The notes beneath the pieces are model-generated. The model worked only from the letters and a program-made list of their open reading frames with translations. It was not told the DNA's origin and ran no database searches. From an uncultured Armatimonadia bacterium (GTDB lineage: Bacteria; Armatimonadota; Zipacnadia; CAVVLO01), in assembly GCA_963749155.1 (NCBI GenBank), contig CAVVLO010000002.1, positions 1,312,001 to 1,376,000 of the forward strand: DNA of 64,000 nt. Direction: 5' to 3'. Made by a program: the position numbers and the translations under genes. Shown here piece after piece: positions 61,984-64,000 of the stretch; the stretch's first letter is position 1; every line of letters starts with the position of its first letter.

Positions 61984-64000
61984 GCTGCACCAGCGACAAG
62001 TCGTCCAGGTAGAAGACCGCCCGCTGGCCGGCGGGGCCGTGGTGGCCGCCCCAGCCTATCATCAGCCTTACAACCTGGTCTGGGTCGAACTGCCCGTTGT
62101 CGTCGGGCGCGCTCCAGAGGCCCCAGGACGCCTGTCTGAAGGGCAGCAACGCTCGCTCCCAGCCTGGCCTGCTGGTCATCCGGAATACAGGTGTGATGTA
62201 AGCCGAACCGTTTTTTTCTACATACTGCACCTGAAGCTGCTGATTGCTCTCGGCGCCCTGAGGCACATAAGTCCATAGCTCCAGCGCGTCGTAGTTGCCC
62301 AGGTTCGCTCTTGTGAGAGTTTCCAGTGTGGGGAAAATCCAGTGGTCGGCCTTCCCATCGGTTAAGACGGTCGCCACCTCGAGGCTGGCGTTGCCCGAAT
62401 GGAAAGTCGTGGTCGAACGCCTTATTGTGGCCTCGAGGCCAGTCGAGTTGTTGGGCCCAAAAGGTTGATCCTGCTCGAAATCCTCGAGTACCAGGCGCTC
62501 TGCTGGCTCGATATCGCTGCCCAGAGGCAGATACCAGACCTTCGCCACATCGCGCGGCTTGCCGGCAAGCACAAGCTCAGCTGACACGACGTATTCTTCC
62601 CCCTGCAGCACCTTTGTGGGGGTGAAGCGATAAAGCTGTGTGGAGTCTGAATTCGCTGCTACTTCAAACTGGGCTGGGCCACCTTCCACCAGTTGCCAGT
62701 GCTCTGGCAGCGTGACCGCCAAGGTACACTGGGCAGGACTGCTGCTCCAGTTGTGAACGATAAAGGCGATGGACTCTTCCTGACCCGGCATACAGTGCAG
62801 GGCGAGTTTCTGGGCCATTATCTCTGGCTCTGCCGGCAACGGTTTTTCAGGACGTGTCTCGGCCTGAAGCCAAATCTTCAGCTCCTCCGCAACCGGAGCT
62901 GGGTCTGGTTGATACTTCGGAGTCGTCGCAGGTGCTGTAAGGCGCTCGCGCAGGCTTTCCGAGAGCCCCCGGATGAACACTGGCTCGGGGCCAAGCTGCA
63001 CGGCAGCAGTGCCTTCGCGCAGCGAAGCCACCTGGTTGCCCATCGCATCTACAACCGTTGCGCCGGCCCCGACTGGCACAGGTAGTACCTCCTGCCCACT
63101 GCTCCAGGCCACCGCCATCAGGTCGCCAGGGGCGCGCTCGAACACCACCAGCCAGGCGCCGTCCTGCCTCAGATAGCCAACAGGCTTGCACTGCCGCGTC
63201 TGGCGGATCAGATTGCCCAACGCCACGAAAGCCGGCTTGGGTGAGAGGTCATCTCGCAGCAGTCCCCAAAGCGACAGGCCCGCCTCGTGGAAATTGCACA
63301 GGTAAAAATAGTGGAACTTCTCCAGCCCCGCCATCAGCCCGCAGGTATAAGCGCGCAGCAGATAGCTGACCGCGTCTGCCTCGGAGGCCGTGTAGGTGCC
63401 ATCGGCTGCTGGAGTGGAGCGGAAGCCCATCTCGGTCATCCACACAGGCGCCTCGCGTCCCACCGCGGCCATCAACTCACGGTCCTCTTCTATAAGCTGC
63501 AACTGGCCCTCAGGCGCGCCATAACTATGCTGGTTGAAGATGTCGAAATACGGCCCGCAACCGCTTTCCAGAGTCTTCTGCCAGAACTCTGCTCCAGAAC
63601 ATCTGCGAGCCAAGCAGGACGCCGAAAGTGGGATCTGCCACTTTGCATCCGAGATATCCCGCCTTCACGATGGCGGTGTAATCCCAAACCGACCCGGCGA
63701 AGAAGCCGATGTCCGGCTCGTTCCACAGCTCGAAATAGCGGATTGGCTCGCCCAAATCACGTACCAGATTGTAGGTATAGTCGTAGACGCCCCGAGCCTC
63801 CTTGGGCGGTTGATTCCACAGCGGAGTCGGATTTTCGGTAGGCCTGCCAAGCCAGCCAGGCATACTGTGGAAGATCTGATACACAGTGAAGCCATATTCC
63901 TGCTGGATGCGCGCCCACTCGCCATAGCGTCCCCAGTCGAAAACGCCAGGCGCGGGATTCACATCGTTCCAGGTCATCCTGTCGCGCAGCTGCCTCAGAC
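61964..64000 (-). CDS. GH39-like glycoside hydrolase with C-terminal CBM11-like domain (5' end outside window; frameshift near 63600)
   Basis: YFELWNEPD, KAGYLG, FNQHSY, VWMTEMG, GLLRDDLSPKPAF. Confidence 0.72.

Overview
64 kb of high-GC bacterial chromosome (gene content suggests an anaerobic, polysaccharide-degrading Terrabacteria lineage such as Armatimonadota; this is inference). Most genes encode secreted glycoside-hydrolase-like or hypothetical proteins. The window also has a sulfatase, an alkaline phosphatase, two SDRs plus a glycyl-radical enzyme, a MazEF-like TA pair, an orphan AbrB antitoxin, a cysE-nifU-nifS-cysK operon, tRNA-Ile2(CAT) with a low-GC two-gene islet at its 3' end, an SOS-boxed DUF6504-dnaE2 cassette and rmuC. 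About 20 frameshifts are scattered through otherwise intact genes and are most likely assembly indels. The most unusual structure is 41.1-51.2 kb, a nested, imperfect inverted duplication around the Fe-S/cysteine operon. Each arm runs REP-like array, sigma54 promoter, G-quadruplex-like tract, sigma70 promoter, then a secreted protein. The two proteins have near-identical leaders and 3' ends (~98-99.5% nt) but highly divergent cores. A second shared promoter/signal-peptide module is fused to two unrelated CAZyme-like genes. Also notable are a recurrent SigH-like promoter motif and a candidate ECF-sigma-dependent sRNA with C-rich loops. All domain calls come from motif recognition, not database searches.
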